Below are positions 9,342 to 18,879 of a stretch of DNA of 64,000 nt, piece after piece (position 1 is the stretch's first letter; each line of letters begins with the position of its first letter). The notes below the pieces were generated by a model that saw only the letters and a list, made by a program, of their open reading frames with translations, searched no databases and was not told the origin of the DNA. The stretch comes from an uncultured Verrucomicrobiae bacterium (GTDB lineage: Bacteria > Verrucomicrobiota > Verrucomicrobiia > Limisphaerales > Palsa-1400): positions 256,001-320,000 of the forward strand of contig CAVPOM010000009.1 in the NCBI GenBank assembly GCA_963707025.1, written 5' to 3'. The position numbers and the translations under genes are program-made.

Positions 9342-10805
9342 ATGAATCAGCCCATAGCCGGTTTCAGTTTTCAGCAGGCCGCCCGCAACGCCCTGCTGCG
9401 CGCCGGATTCAAGCCGGATTTTCCCGCGCCCGTCCTGGCGCAGGTGAAGGCCTTGCCCGATGCTCCCCCCGCCCCGTCCCGCCGCGATTTGCGCGATCTG
9501 CCCTGGTCGAGCATTGACAATGCCGACTCGCGCGATCTGGATCAGGTGGAATGGGCCGAACCGCTGCCCAATGGCAGCCTCCGCGTGCTGGTCGGCATCG
9601 CCGATGTGGATGCGCTGGTCCAGACCGGCTCGCCCGCCGATCTCTTTGCCCGGGACAATGCCACCTCGGTTTACACGGGCGGGCCGGTTTTTCCCATGCT
9701 CCCGGAAAGGCTTTCCACCGATCTAACCTCGCTGCGTCAAGATGAAGACCGGGCGGCGCTCATCCTGGAGTTTGTGATGGGGGGCGACGGCGAAGTCAAC
9801 TGCGCGGACGTCTGCACGGCGACGCTGCGCAACAAGGCGCGGTTGAATTACGACCAAGTGGGCCAGTGGTTGGACGGAAAGTCCGGCGCTCCCTGTCAAG
9901 GCGCCGCCCCGGCGGGCCTGTGCGAACAACTGCGCTTGCAGAAGGAGGCCAGCCAGCGCTTGAAACGGTTCCGCAAGGAACACGGCGCCCTCACGCTGGG
10001 CGACGTGGAAAGCGTGCCCATCGTGGTGGACGACCAGGTGCAGCGCTTCGCCATCTTGCAGGAGAATTCGGCCCGCGACATCATCGAAAGTTTTATGATC
10101 GCGGCCAACGTGGCCATGGCGCGGTTTCTGCGCAGTCGCCATTCCCCCTGCCTGCGGCGGGTCGTGCGGACGCCCAAACGCTGGGACCGCATCCAGCAAA
10201 TCGCCGCGCCACTGGGCTTTAGGTTGCCGGCGGAGCCGGACCCGAAGGCGCTGGGTGAATTTCTGGAGCAAAGGCGGCTGGCCGATGCGGTCCATTTTCC
10301 CGAATTGTCGCTGGCCGTTTTGAAATCCCTGGGGCCGGGCGTTTATGTGGTGGAACGGCCGGGCACGGAGCATGAAGGGCATTTCGGACTGGCGCTCAAC
10401 GATTACTCCCATGCCACGGCGCCCAACCGCCGCTACGCGGATTTGGTGATGCAACGGCTGTTGAAGGCCAGCCTCAGCGGAGGCCCGGCTCCATTTACCG
10501 AAGCCCAAATGTCCGCTCTGGCCGATCACTGCACGGACCGCGAATCCGCCGCGCGCAAGGTGGAAAGGTTCATGAAAAAAGTCGCGGCGGCGGCGATGCT
10601 CGCGGCGCAAATCGGCCAGGCCTTTGACGCGATTGTCACCGGCGCCTCGCCGAAGGGAACCTACGCGCGCTTGCTCAGCGTGCCGGCGGAAGGCCGGATC
10701 ATCCGGGGCGAACGCGGCCTGGATGTGGGCGAGAAAACCCGCGTGCGCCTGATCGGCGTCAACGCGGAGCGGGGATTCATTGATTTCGAGCGCATCGCGG
10801 TTTAG
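9342..10805 (+). CDS. RNB-domain exoribonuclease (RNase II/R family)
   Basis: SIDNADSRDLDQ, VGIADV, ATSVY, IESFMIAAN, HFGLA..YSHATAPNRRYADL, C-terminal S1-like. Confidence 0.92.
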   Translation: MNQPIAGFSFQQAARNALLRAGFKPDFPAPVLAQVKALPDAPPAPSRRDLRDLPWSSIDNADSRDLDQVEWAEPLPNGSLRVLVGIADVDALVQTGSPADLFARDNATSVYTGGPVFPMLPERLSTDLTSLRQDEDRAALILEFVMGGDGEVNCADVCTATLRNKARLNYDQVGQWLDGKSGAPCQGAAPAGLCEQLRLQKEASQRLKRFRKEHGALTLGDVESVPIVVDDQVQRFAILQENSARDIIESFMIAANVAMARFLRSRHSPCLRRVVRTPKRWDRIQQIAAPLGFRLPAEPDPKALGEFLEQRRLADAVHFPELSLAVLKSLGPGVYVVERPGTEHEGHFGLALNDYSHATAPNRRYADLVMQRLLKASLSGGPAPFTEAQMSALADHCTDRESAARKVERFMKKVAAAAMLAAQIGQAFDAIVTGASPKGTYARLLSVPAEGRIIRGERGLDVGEKTRVRLIGVNAERGFIDFERIAV

Positions 10806-10898
10806 AGCGCTTTAAATAAGGCCGCAGGCGCAGGAGGCAAACCGCTTGATCGCATCCCGGTCAGGCGACATGCCGGCAGTTTTATTGCAAATGCCCTA
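10803..10898. repeat. Degenerate TAGAGC...GCCCTA-ended MITE-like element
   Basis: Imperfect terminal inverted repeats TAGAGCGCTTTAAATAAG / TTATTGCAAATGCCCTA; begins at the RNB stop codon. Confidence 0.45.
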
Positions 10899-11030
10899 TG
10901 GCGTTTTCAAGAAAACTGTAGCCGCAGTACGCGGTAGGGTCCCGGTTTGCCGGGACTGCCCGCCGCGGCGCGCACGGAGTGCGCGCCCTGCCTCCCTCGT
11001 TTCGGCTGCATCATTTCTTAAACCGCTTTA
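10897..11030. repeat. ~135-bp MITE-like element carrying REP hairpins, copy A
   Basis: Aligns along its length to the reverse complement of 21078-21212; ends in AAACCGCTTTA, which supplies the TAA stop of the TonB receptor. Confidence 0.8.
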
Positions 11031-13142
11031 AAAGCGCGCGGTGAGGGCCACGCCCCAGGTTTCCGGATCGCCGGGCTGCAGTATCAAGGAACTGAAGCCG
11101 GAGGCCGCGCCGGAGCCTGCGCCAAAGTTTTGGGCGTTGCTGACGTAATGGCGGTCAAGAACGTTTCGCGCGAACAAGCAGGCTTCAAAATTTTTGGTCT
11201 CGAAGCCGGCCTGCACATTGACCAGTTCATACGAGTCTTGCACGGTTGGCCCGGTCAGAGGCGTGCCGGTGTCGTCCAAATGATAGCGCCCGACGCCGAC
11301 GAGGTCGCCGCGAACATAGGTGTGCCAGGGCAGGTGATAAGTGGCGGACAGGTCGGCCGTGAATTCAGGGACGAAGCTGACCGGCTGCCCGGCGAGTTGC
11401 ACGGGCGCGCCGCTGCTGGTGTCCAGAAAATTCTTGTAGGTGGCGCAGGTGTAGCCGGCCGCGGCGCTCAACTCCAGGGCTTCCATCGGTTTGGCGGTCA
11501 GTTCCAGCTCCGCCCCGTAGCTGACGGCGCGGTGGGCATTGAGCAGGCTGGCGATGAGCGGATCCAGCGGCGAGACCCGGATGACCTGATAGCCCCTGGT
11601 ATCCGTGTAAAACAACGCCGCATGGGTGGTGTATTTATTGTCGTCACACGAGTTCTTCAGGCCCAGTTCGTACTGCCAGGATCGGGCCGGCTGATAGGCA
11701 TTATTGTTGATGAAGGAATTGAACCCGCCGCTCTCATAACCCTGGGCGATGCTGGCGTAGATTTCGGTTTGGGGCGTGAAATGCCAGGCGGCGGCAAACT
11801 TGGGCTGCACGGCGGAGAAGTCCGCCGAAGCTTTGACGGGCGCCGGGCCGCCCAACGGGTTCACCACCGTGCCGCGGATGGAGCGGTCGTCAAAGGTGGC
11901 GCGGAGTCCGGCGGTCAAGTCCAGCTTTTCAATAAGCGTATAGGTGCCCTGGCCGAACCCGGCGTAAGTTTGCCCGTCGGATTCGGTCACGCTGGGCGTG
12001 GCGCCGACATAGCCCGAATCGGCGCGGAGGTCGTTGTCCAGGAAATAGAAGCCGGCCAGCCATTTGAAGGTCTCGGCGCTGTCGGGAGATTTGACATGGA
12101 ACTCCTCGCCCCATTGTTCAATCCGCGGCTGGTTGAAGCCTTCGGCAATGGGCAGGGCGGAAAAATCGAAGTCCTGCAAAAGGTTCTGCTTCCAATCCCG
12201 GTGGGTTGCGACTGAGGAGAAGACGGCGGGGCCGGCGTCGCAGGATATTTTCAGCGCCTGATTGTCGTCGGCGGTGTTGACGAAGCCGTCCACATTGCGA
12301 TTGACGGCGAAGGGGCTGGGGTCGGGCGGGACCGGCGGGACCGGCGGAGCGGCAAAGGTAAAAGCGCCGGGCCGGTAGGTGGGGACAAAGCCGTCATGGA
12401 ACCGTTCACCCGATGCGCTGAAGGCAATCTTCCACGGTTGGCTGGGCGTCCAGAGCAGTTCGGCCCGGCCGCTCAGCGTGTCTTGCCTGTCCGGGTAATC
12501 ATGGAGGAACAGGTTGTGAACGTAACCATCGCGAAAACCGTAAAGGCCGGACAGATTCAAATAGAGCTGGTCCTTGAGGAGCGCGCCCCCCGCGCCGATT
12601 TGATAACTCTCCGCGTTGTAATCGCCAAAACTCAGCGTGCCCGAGCCGTGCCAGTCATTGCCGGGCTGCCGGGTGGTGATGCTCATGACCCCGCCCATGC
12701 CGCTGGCGCCGTAAAGCGTTCCCTGCTCGCCGCGCGCGAACTCAATGCCGGCCACGTCGTAAAGCGGAATGTCGCGCGAATTGAGATCGAAATACGGCAC
12801 ATCGTCCACGTACATGCCCAGGACCGGTTCGCCCACCCCGAAACTGTTCTCGCGCAAGCCGCGGATGGAGAACTTGGGCGTGCGTGCGTCATTGGCGCCG
12901 AACACCGTCAGATTGGGCTGCCGGGCCGTCAGGTCCCGCACGGAGGTGATTTCGCCGGGGCGCACTTCATCGCCGGAAACCAGGGTGGTGGCGCTGCTGT
13001 CGGCCTGGGCAATGGGGGCCACCGAGACGCCTTCGACGGTGACGGGCGGCAATTGGCGGGTCTCGTTGCTGGGCTGGGCCGCGAGGGACCAGAGGCCGAG
13101 ATGAAGCGCGCCGGCCAGGGCGGCGGTCTTGAGATATTTCAT
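11028..13142 (-). CDS. TonB-dependent receptor
   Basis: Signal peptide MKYLKT.., TonB box-like 'LPPVTVEG', plug 'SIRGL..YVDDVP..RGEQGTLYG..GGV', barrel 'RNVLD', terminal F; the longer ORF-track start runs through repeats. Confidence 0.92.
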   Translation of the reverse strand: MKYLKTAALAGALHLGLWSLAAQPSNETRQLPPVTVEGVSVAPIAQADSSATTLVSGDEVRPGEITSVRDLTARQPNLTVFGANDARTPKFSIRGLRENSFGVGEPVLGMYVDDVPYFDLNSRDIPLYDVAGIEFARGEQGTLYGASGMGGVMSITTRQPGNDWHGSGTLSFGDYNAESYQIGAGGALLKDQLYLNLSGLYGFRDGYVHNLFLHDYPDRQDTLSGRAELLWTPSQPWKIAFSASGERFHDGFVPTYRPGAFTFAAPPVPPVPPDPSPFAVNRNVDGFVNTADDNQALKISCDAGPAVFSSVATHRDWKQNLLQDFDFSALPIAEGFNQPRIEQWGEEFHVKSPDSAETFKWLAGFYFLDNDLRADSGYVGATPSVTESDGQTYAGFGQGTYTLIEKLDLTAGLRATFDDRSIRGTVVNPLGGPAPVKASADFSAVQPKFAAAWHFTPQTEIYASIAQGYESGGFNSFINNNAYQPARSWQYELGLKNSCDDNKYTTHAALFYTDTRGYQVIRVSPLDPLIASLLNAHRAVSYGAELELTAKPMEALELSAAAGYTCATYKNFLDTSSGAPVQLAGQPVSFVPEFTADLSATYHLPWHTYVRGDLVGVGRYHLDDTGTPLTGPTVQDSYELVNVQAGFETKNFEACLFARNVLDRHYVSNAQNFGAGSGAASGFSSLILQPGDPETWGVALTARF

Positions 13143-13254
13143 GTTATTGACATGTCCTGCTTGAAACGCGCGCGGATAAAACCAGTCTGGCGCAGAAATT
13201 GCAATGAATTTTTGGCGGTCTGGCTTGCTTTGCCTTGGTTGGGTTTCAGCAAAA

Positions 13255-13314
13255 TGGAGTGGTGCAGTGCTGGAGTGGTGGAAGTGCAGAAGGCAGAATG
13301 CAAAATGCAAAATG
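13255..13314. repeat. TGGAGTGG-type 8-mer plus GCARAAT 7-mer short tandem repeats
   Basis: tggagtggtgcagtgctggagtggtgg followed by gcagaaggcagaatgcaaaatgcaaaat. Confidence 0.75.
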
Positions 13315-13372
13315 GGAGTCATCCGCGAATTTGACCGTTTTGACCAGAGGTGCGGTTGTGGGGTTGGAGCCC

Positions 13373-13450
13373 TCTGGGGCGGGAAGTCAAAACCGGTGAA
13401 TTACGTGAAACTGGCTGAAACCAGGTGAAGAAAGGTGAAAATTTGTGGTG
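13373..13450. repeat. 10-bp-phased TGAA(A) array, copy 1
   Basis: TGAA at 13397, 13406, 13416, 13426, 13436; shares 24/25 nt with 42915-42939. Confidence 0.8.
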
Positions 13451-13593
13451 GCGCTTCCTTCGCCAGGCGTGCGCCGCAGGCACAACGCTACACGCGGGGA
13501 CGGGCGCGCGCTCCCCGGAAGGATGGAAAATCGGCTGAGTGCTTTTTGATTTTTCGGCTTGCGCGGGGGGAGGGAGCGGGCCATTGATGCTGG

Positions 13594-15921
13594 ATGCAAA
13601 CGAATATCGGCCAGCGCCCACTCCTCCGGCCTCTTGCCGCGGCCCTGTTTCTCCTCCCGGCCTGCGCCACCGTTTGGGCCGGGGGCGGCCGGCCGGTGGA
13701 TTATGCCAACCCGCTGGTCGGGACCGCGCCCCTGGACGATCCGCGGTTGATCGGCAACGCGCCGCCGCCCGGCGAGGAAGTTTACACCGGCTTCACCTCG
13801 CCCGGCCCCTGCCTGCCGCACGGCAACGTCAATCTCAGCCCTGTCAACAAAGACCTGGACGCGGCGGCCGGCAACCACGGCATCATCTATCCCTACACCT
13901 GGCCGCGCCGGACGATGGTGGGGTTTTCCAGCATGGTGCCGGGCATGATGCTGATGCCGCTGGTGGGCAATTGGACGGTGCCGCCGGACCGCAGCTATGC
14001 GTCCGTTTACAGCAAAGCCGGCGAAAAAGCGTCGCCCGGCTATTACACGGTCTATTTTCCCGATCACAAGGTGAAGGTGGAGTTGACCACGACCAGCCGC
14101 ACGGCGCTTTACCGGTTCACGTTTCCAAAAACAGACCGGTCTGTCGTTCTTCTTGACCTTGGCCCTGGCGGAGGAAACGTGGAGATTGCGGGCGACCGCA
14201 CCGTGCGCGGCCGGGCCTCGGGCGGCGGCAGGCGCGGCGGGGGCGGCGGGCCGTTTTTCGTGGCGGAGTTTTCCAAACCGTTTGCCGCCTTTGGCACTTT
14301 CAAACAGAATGTTCCCTCGGTGGCCAACGGACGGGTCCGGCGGGACGACGTGACCACGCCGGATGCGCGCACGGAGTCGGGCAGCTACGCCGGCAGCTAT
14401 CTCAACTTCACCACGGCCGAAAACGAAGCGGTCCTGGTCAAAGTCGCCTCCGCCGCCAGTCTGGAGGACGCCCAGGCCCTGCTGGCGGCGGAAGATCCCG
14501 GCTGGGACTTCGCGGGCGTCAAGCAAAAGGCTGAACAGGCCTGGAGCGAAAAGCTAGGCACGATAGAAGTCAAGGGCGGCACGGAGCAGGAACGGATGCT
14601 CTTCTACTCCACGCTCTATCATTCCTTCGCCAGTCCGCGCCTGCTCGCGCAAAAGGGCCGGCCTTTCCGCGGGCTGGACGGCCAGACGCGCACGGGCGAC
14701 TATGACCGCTACAGCGTGGTCCCCTTTTGGGACACGGGCCGCGACCAGATCGTATTGTTGACGCTCATTGAACCGGATTTGAAGCCGGACATTCTGCGCT
14801 CCCATCTGGAGATGGCGCGGGAAACCGGGTATATGCAGACCTCGTTTCACGGCGACAACGCCGTCTGGATGTACCTGGGGGATTGGGAGCGGGGCATCCC
14901 GTTCGATTACGCCGCCGTCTATGAATATCTTCGCAAAAACGCCATGGACCCGGCCGGACCGCGCCGGAATCTGGCGGAGTATTTGCAGAAGGGATGGGTC
15001 CATGACATCGTGGTGGAGCACCCCAGCCCGCCCTACGCCGGCGGCAACGCGGGCGTGGCCAAGACCCTGGAATACAGTTGGGACGACTACGCCATGGCGC
15101 TCTACGCGCAGAAGCTGGGCAAGGATGACGACTACCGGATGTTCCTGGCCCGCGCCCACAACTATACCAATGTCTTCGATGCCTCCACCGGCTTCATGCG
15201 CGGGCGCAACGAGGACGGTTCGTGGATTTCGCCCTTTGATCCTTTCGAGCCTTACTACAATTTCATGATGAAAGAGGCGTCGGGCTGGCAGACCCTTTGG
15301 CTGGTGCCGCACGATGTGCAGGGATTGGCGGATCTGCTGGGCGGCCGCGACGCCTTTGTCAAGAAGCTGGACGATTTCTTTACCCTGCCCTATCACCCCG
15401 CCGGCATCGCCCGCGACGTGACGGGGATGATCGGGCAGTATTGCCAGGGCAACCAACCCGATCAGCAAAGCGCCTACTACTATGATTATGCCGGACAACC
15501 GTGGAAGACCCAGGAATTGGTCCGCCGAATTCTGCGCCTGATGTATGGCAGCGACAAAAGCGGCTACGCCTTTCCGGGCATGGACGACCAGGGCTCAACC
15601 TCGTCGTGGTACGTCCTGAGCGCGCTGGGTTTTTATACCGTCAATCCCGCGCGTCCGGAATACCTCATCGGCAGTCCGGTCTTCGACCAGGCCACCATTC
15701 ACCTGGGCGGCGGCAAGGATTTGGTGATCGTGGCCAGGAATAATTCCGCCAGGAACATCTACATCCAGTCGGCCACGCTCAACGGCCAGCCGTGGCCCAA
15801 ACCGTGGTTCAGCCATGCCGACATCGCCGGGGGCGGCCGGTTGGTTTTCAAGATGGGCTCTGCCCCCAACAAAACCTGGGGCAGCGCGCCCGCAGACGCC
15901 CCGCCCTCCATGTCCCGCTGA
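13594..15921 (+). CDS. GH92 alpha-mannosidase family glycoside hydrolase
   Basis: DYANPLVGT, EKASPGYY, VELTTT, FYSTLYH, WDT.R, KTLEYSWDD, GQYCQGNQP, GMDDQG.TSSWYV, YIQSATLNG. Confidence 0.93.
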   Translation: MQTNIGQRPLLRPLAAALFLLPACATVWAGGGRPVDYANPLVGTAPLDDPRLIGNAPPPGEEVYTGFTSPGPCLPHGNVNLSPVNKDLDAAAGNHGIIYPYTWPRRTMVGFSSMVPGMMLMPLVGNWTVPPDRSYASVYSKAGEKASPGYYTVYFPDHKVKVELTTTSRTALYRFTFPKTDRSVVLLDLGPGGGNVEIAGDRTVRGRASGGGRRGGGGGPFFVAEFSKPFAAFGTFKQNVPSVANGRVRRDDVTTPDARTESGSYAGSYLNFTTAENEAVLVKVASAASLEDAQALLAAEDPGWDFAGVKQKAEQAWSEKLGTIEVKGGTEQERMLFYSTLYHSFASPRLLAQKGRPFRGLDGQTRTGDYDRYSVVPFWDTGRDQIVLLTLIEPDLKPDILRSHLEMARETGYMQTSFHGDNAVWMYLGDWERGIPFDYAAVYEYLRKNAMDPAGPRRNLAEYLQKGWVHDIVVEHPSPPYAGGNAGVAKTLEYSWDDYAMALYAQKLGKDDDYRMFLARAHNYTNVFDASTGFMRGRNEDGSWISPFDPFEPYYNFMMKEASGWQTLWLVPHDVQGLADLLGGRDAFVKKLDDFFTLPYHPAGIARDVTGMIGQYCQGNQPDQQSAYYYDYAGQPWKTQELVRRILRLMYGSDKSGYAFPGMDDQGSTSSWYVLSALGFYTVNPARPEYLIGSPVFDQATIHLGGGKDLVIVARNNSARNIYIQSATLNGQPWPKPWFSHADIAGGGRLVFKMGSAPNKTWGSAPADAPPSMSR

Positions 15922-15929
15922 GCCAGGAA

Positions 15930-16583
15930 TTATGCCTGGCCGGGCTTTGGGGCTTTGTTCAAATGAGGCGCGACCGCGGCCCAAATCTCGCCGGCGACAA
16001 CTTCGGCGGGCGCGGTGGCGTCCAGACGGCGGATGCGCCCGGGTTGCGCGGCGGCGATGGCTTCATAACCCTTTTCCACACGCTCAAAAAAAGCGCGGCC
16101 CGCCTCCTCCATCCGGTCGCGTTCCGCCGGGCGGGCGCGGCGGCGGGCCTCGCTCACGGCCACGGGCACCATGAGCAGCAGGGTCAAGTCGGGCCGCGTG
16201 CGGCCGACGGCGAAGGCGAGGATGCGCTGGACCTGTTTGAAATCCAGCCCGCGGCCATGTGCCTGGTAGGCCAGGGTGGAATCGGAAAAACGGTCGCACA
16301 GCACGATCTCGCCCGCGGCCAGCGCGGGGCGGATGACTTCGCGCACCAGTTGGGCGCGGCTGGCGTTGAGCAGGAGCAACTCGGCTTCGGGCGTCATCCC
16401 GCGGTTGGCTTGGCTGTGCTGCAAGGTGTGGCGGATTTCTTCGCCGATGGGCGTGCCGCCGGGTTCGCGCAAGGTGCGCACGGTGTGGCCCAGGTCGCGC
16501 AAGCGCCGGGCCAAGGCGGTGATTTGCGTGGTTTTGCCGCTGCCCTCGGTTCCTTCAAACGTGATGAATAGACCTTTTTTCAT
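15930..16583 (-). CDS. tmk: Thymidylate kinase
   Basis: FITFEGTEGSGKTTQ, REPGGT, CDRFSDSTLAYQ. Confidence 0.97.
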   Translation of the reverse strand: MKKGLFITFEGTEGSGKTTQITALARRLRDLGHTVRTLREPGGTPIGEEIRHTLQHSQANRGMTPEAELLLLNASRAQLVREVIRPALAAGEIVLCDRFSDSTLAYQAHGRGLDFKQVQRILAFAVGRTRPDLTLLLMVPVAVSEARRRARPAERDRMEEAGRAFFERVEKGYEAIAAAQPGRIRRLDATAPAEVVAGEIWAAVAPHLNKAPKPGQA

Positions 16584-16584
16584 G

Positions 16585-18015
16585 CTACAATCGCTTCAAG
16601 CGGGGGCCTTTGGGAGTGTCCTCGATGGCCCAGCCTTTGGCTTTCAATTCGTCGCGGATGGCGTCGGAGCGTTTGAAATCCTTGGCCTTGCGGGCCGCCT
16701 CGCGATCGTCAAGGAACTTCTGTAACGCTTCGTCCAATGCTTTTCCCATCTCCCTTTCTTGTTTTGTATAAAGGCCCAGGACCTGGTTAATTTGACCCCA
16801 GACAACAAGAAGCGTGTTGGCCCGGGCCGCGCTGATGCGGTTTTCCGCCAGTTGTTTATTGGTTTCTCGTACCCACTCGAAGATGGCCCCCCAGGCCGCC
16901 GCCACATTAAGATCGTCGTCCATTGCCTCAACAAACTTTCGCAGCACCTCCGGTTCGGAGGGCGCTCTCTCCGAGCCTGATCCAATTTCAGCCAACTTGC
17001 CCAGGCATTCCTCAATCCGCCCCAGCGCGGCGCGCGCGCTCTGCAAGCCTTCCAGCGTGAAATTGAAGGACTCGCGATAGTGCGCTGTCAATAATAAGTA
17101 GCGGACTTCCCGCCCGGTGTACCCCTTGGCCAGCAGATCGCGCAGGGTGAAATAATTGCCGAGGGACTTGCTCATTTTTTTGCCTTCCACCAGCAGATGG
17201 GCGCCGTGCAGCCAATACTTGACAAATGGCTCCCCCGCCGCCTGCCCGCCCGCCCCTTCGCTCTGGGCGATTTCGTCCTCGTGATGGGGAAAGATGAGGT
17301 CTTCGCCGCCCAGGTGAAGATCGAAGCTGGGGCCGAGGGATTTCATGCTCATGGCGCTGCATTCGATGTGCCAGCCGGGCCGGCCTTCGCCCCACGGGCT
17401 GGGCCAGAAGACCGCCCCGTCCTCGGGCAGGCGCCCTTTCCACAGGGCGAAATCGGCCACCGCTTCCTTGGCGTATTCATCGCTGCTGACCCGCTGGCCG
17501 GGGCGCATTTCCTCGAAGTTCAACTTGAGCAGCCGGCCATAATGGCCGCCGCAGCCACGGTATTTTTCGATGCTGAAATAGACCGAGCCGTCCGCCGCCC
17601 GATAAGCCAGGCCGCGCCCCACCAGCTTTTCAATCAGGGCAATAATGTCGGCGATATGTTCGCTGGCGCGGGGGGTGTCGTGGGGAGGAAGGCAGTTGAG
17701 CGCCTGGAAATCCTCGAAGAAGGCCGCCTCGAATGGGGCGGTGTAGCCGCGCAAAGACGTGTTGTTTTCGCGGACGCGCCGGATGATTTTGTCCTCCACG
17801 TCGGTGATGTTCATGACGTGCCGGACTTTGTACCCCTTGAATTCCAGGCAGCGCCGCACCAGATCGGCAAAAACGAAGGTGCGGAAATTGCCGACGTGGG
17901 CGAAGTCATGCACCGTGGGGCCGCAGCAATAGAGGCCGGCGGACTGGCCGGAGGGATCACGCGGGACAAATTCCTGGACCGAGCGCGACAGCGTATTAAA
18001 GAATTTCAATGCCAT
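16585..18015 (-). CDS. cysS: Cysteine--tRNA ligase
   Basis: CGPTV, HVGN, NITDVEDKII, DFALWK, GRPGWHIECSAM, FPHHEDE, KMSKSLGN. Confidence 0.98.
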   Translation of the reverse strand: MALKFFNTLSRSVQEFVPRDPSGQSAGLYCCGPTVHDFAHVGNFRTFVFADLVRRCLEFKGYKVRHVMNITDVEDKIIRRVRENNTSLRGYTAPFEAAFFEDFQALNCLPPHDTPRASEHIADIIALIEKLVGRGLAYRAADGSVYFSIEKYRGCGGHYGRLLKLNFEEMRPGQRVSSDEYAKEAVADFALWKGRLPEDGAVFWPSPWGEGRPGWHIECSAMSMKSLGPSFDLHLGGEDLIFPHHEDEIAQSEGAGGQAAGEPFVKYWLHGAHLLVEGKKMSKSLGNYFTLRDLLAKGYTGREVRYLLLTAHYRESFNFTLEGLQSARAALGRIEECLGKLAEIGSGSERAPSEPEVLRKFVEAMDDDLNVAAAWGAIFEWVRETNKQLAENRISAARANTLLVVWGQINQVLGLYTKQEREMGKALDEALQKFLDDREAARKAKDFKRSDAIRDELKAKGWAIEDTPKGPRLKRL

Positions 18016-18270
18016 GCCGGGGCGAGTCTAGGGTTGGGAGGGGAAAAGGGGAAAGGGAAAATGGCGGGAAGGTGCATTTCGCTTTTTCTGGCAAGGACCG
18101 TCGGCCAAGTAAAGAGTTTAATCGTTTGAATCGCCTAAACCCTGCCCGGGTCAGAGAAGCGCCAGAACAAGTGAAATGCGCCCCCTCGGGGCCTGCAATT
18201 TCCTTGAAAGAAAAGCTGGACGAATTGGGAAAAATGGTGCAAATTCTGGCTGAGAAGAAATAAAGCCGTT

Positions 18271-18693
18271 ATGAAAAAACTGCTCCTTTTTTTTGCGCTG
18301 CTCGCGACAGCGGGCCTGGCCCAGCAATACACCATTGACTGGTATAAAATCTCCGGCGGCGGCGGCACCAGCACCGGCGGCCAGTATTCGGTCAGCGGCA
18401 CCATCGGCCAGCACGACGCCAGTCTGGCCATGACCGGCGGCAGCTACTCGTTGACCGGCGGCTTTTGGAGTCTGATCGCCGTGCAAACCCCCGGTGCGCC
18501 GCTGCTCAGCATCACGGCTTCGGGCAACCAGGTGATTGTCTCCTGGCCGGCGTCCTCGAGCGGCTTTAACCTGCAAACCAACAGCAATCTGAACCCGGCC
18601 AACTGGGGCAACTATAGCGGCACTGTCAATAACAACAGCGCGACGATTTCCCCGCCGAAAGGGAACCAGTTCTTCCGCCTCTATCATCCCTGA
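18271..18693 (+). CDS. Small secreted protein with Verrucomicrobia-type C-terminal domain
   Basis: Signal peptide MKKLLL..GLA; 'YTIDWYKISGGGGTSTGG.YSVSGTIGQ'; C-terminus 'VIVSWP..F.LQ..W..QFFRL'. Confidence 0.85.
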   Translation: MKKLLLFFALLATAGLAQQYTIDWYKISGGGGTSTGGQYSVSGTIGQHDASLAMTGGSYSLTGGFWSLIAVQTPGAPLLSITASGNQVIVSWPASSSGFNLQTNSNLNPANWGNYSGTVNNNSATISPPKGNQFFRLYHP

Positions 18694-18879
18694 GGAATTG
18701 GGACCCGGTTTTTTGCAGGCCACGGCGGGAACCAGCCGGCACGGGCGCAGGACCGGACAGGCGTGCGCTCCCCGGACCAACCTGGCGATTGACTATTTCA
18801 ACTTGCCGCGTAACCAGCGCGGCTTGTTTTCGTCCATCAGAGCGGAACTTATGTCGCGGAATGGAGTTAGAAGAAATTT

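Noticed and set aside
13143..13593. Cobalamin or other riboswitch upstream of the TonB receptor, and the ORF extension to 13322
   Set aside because: No B12-box or other recognisable aptamer seen; the region consists of repeats
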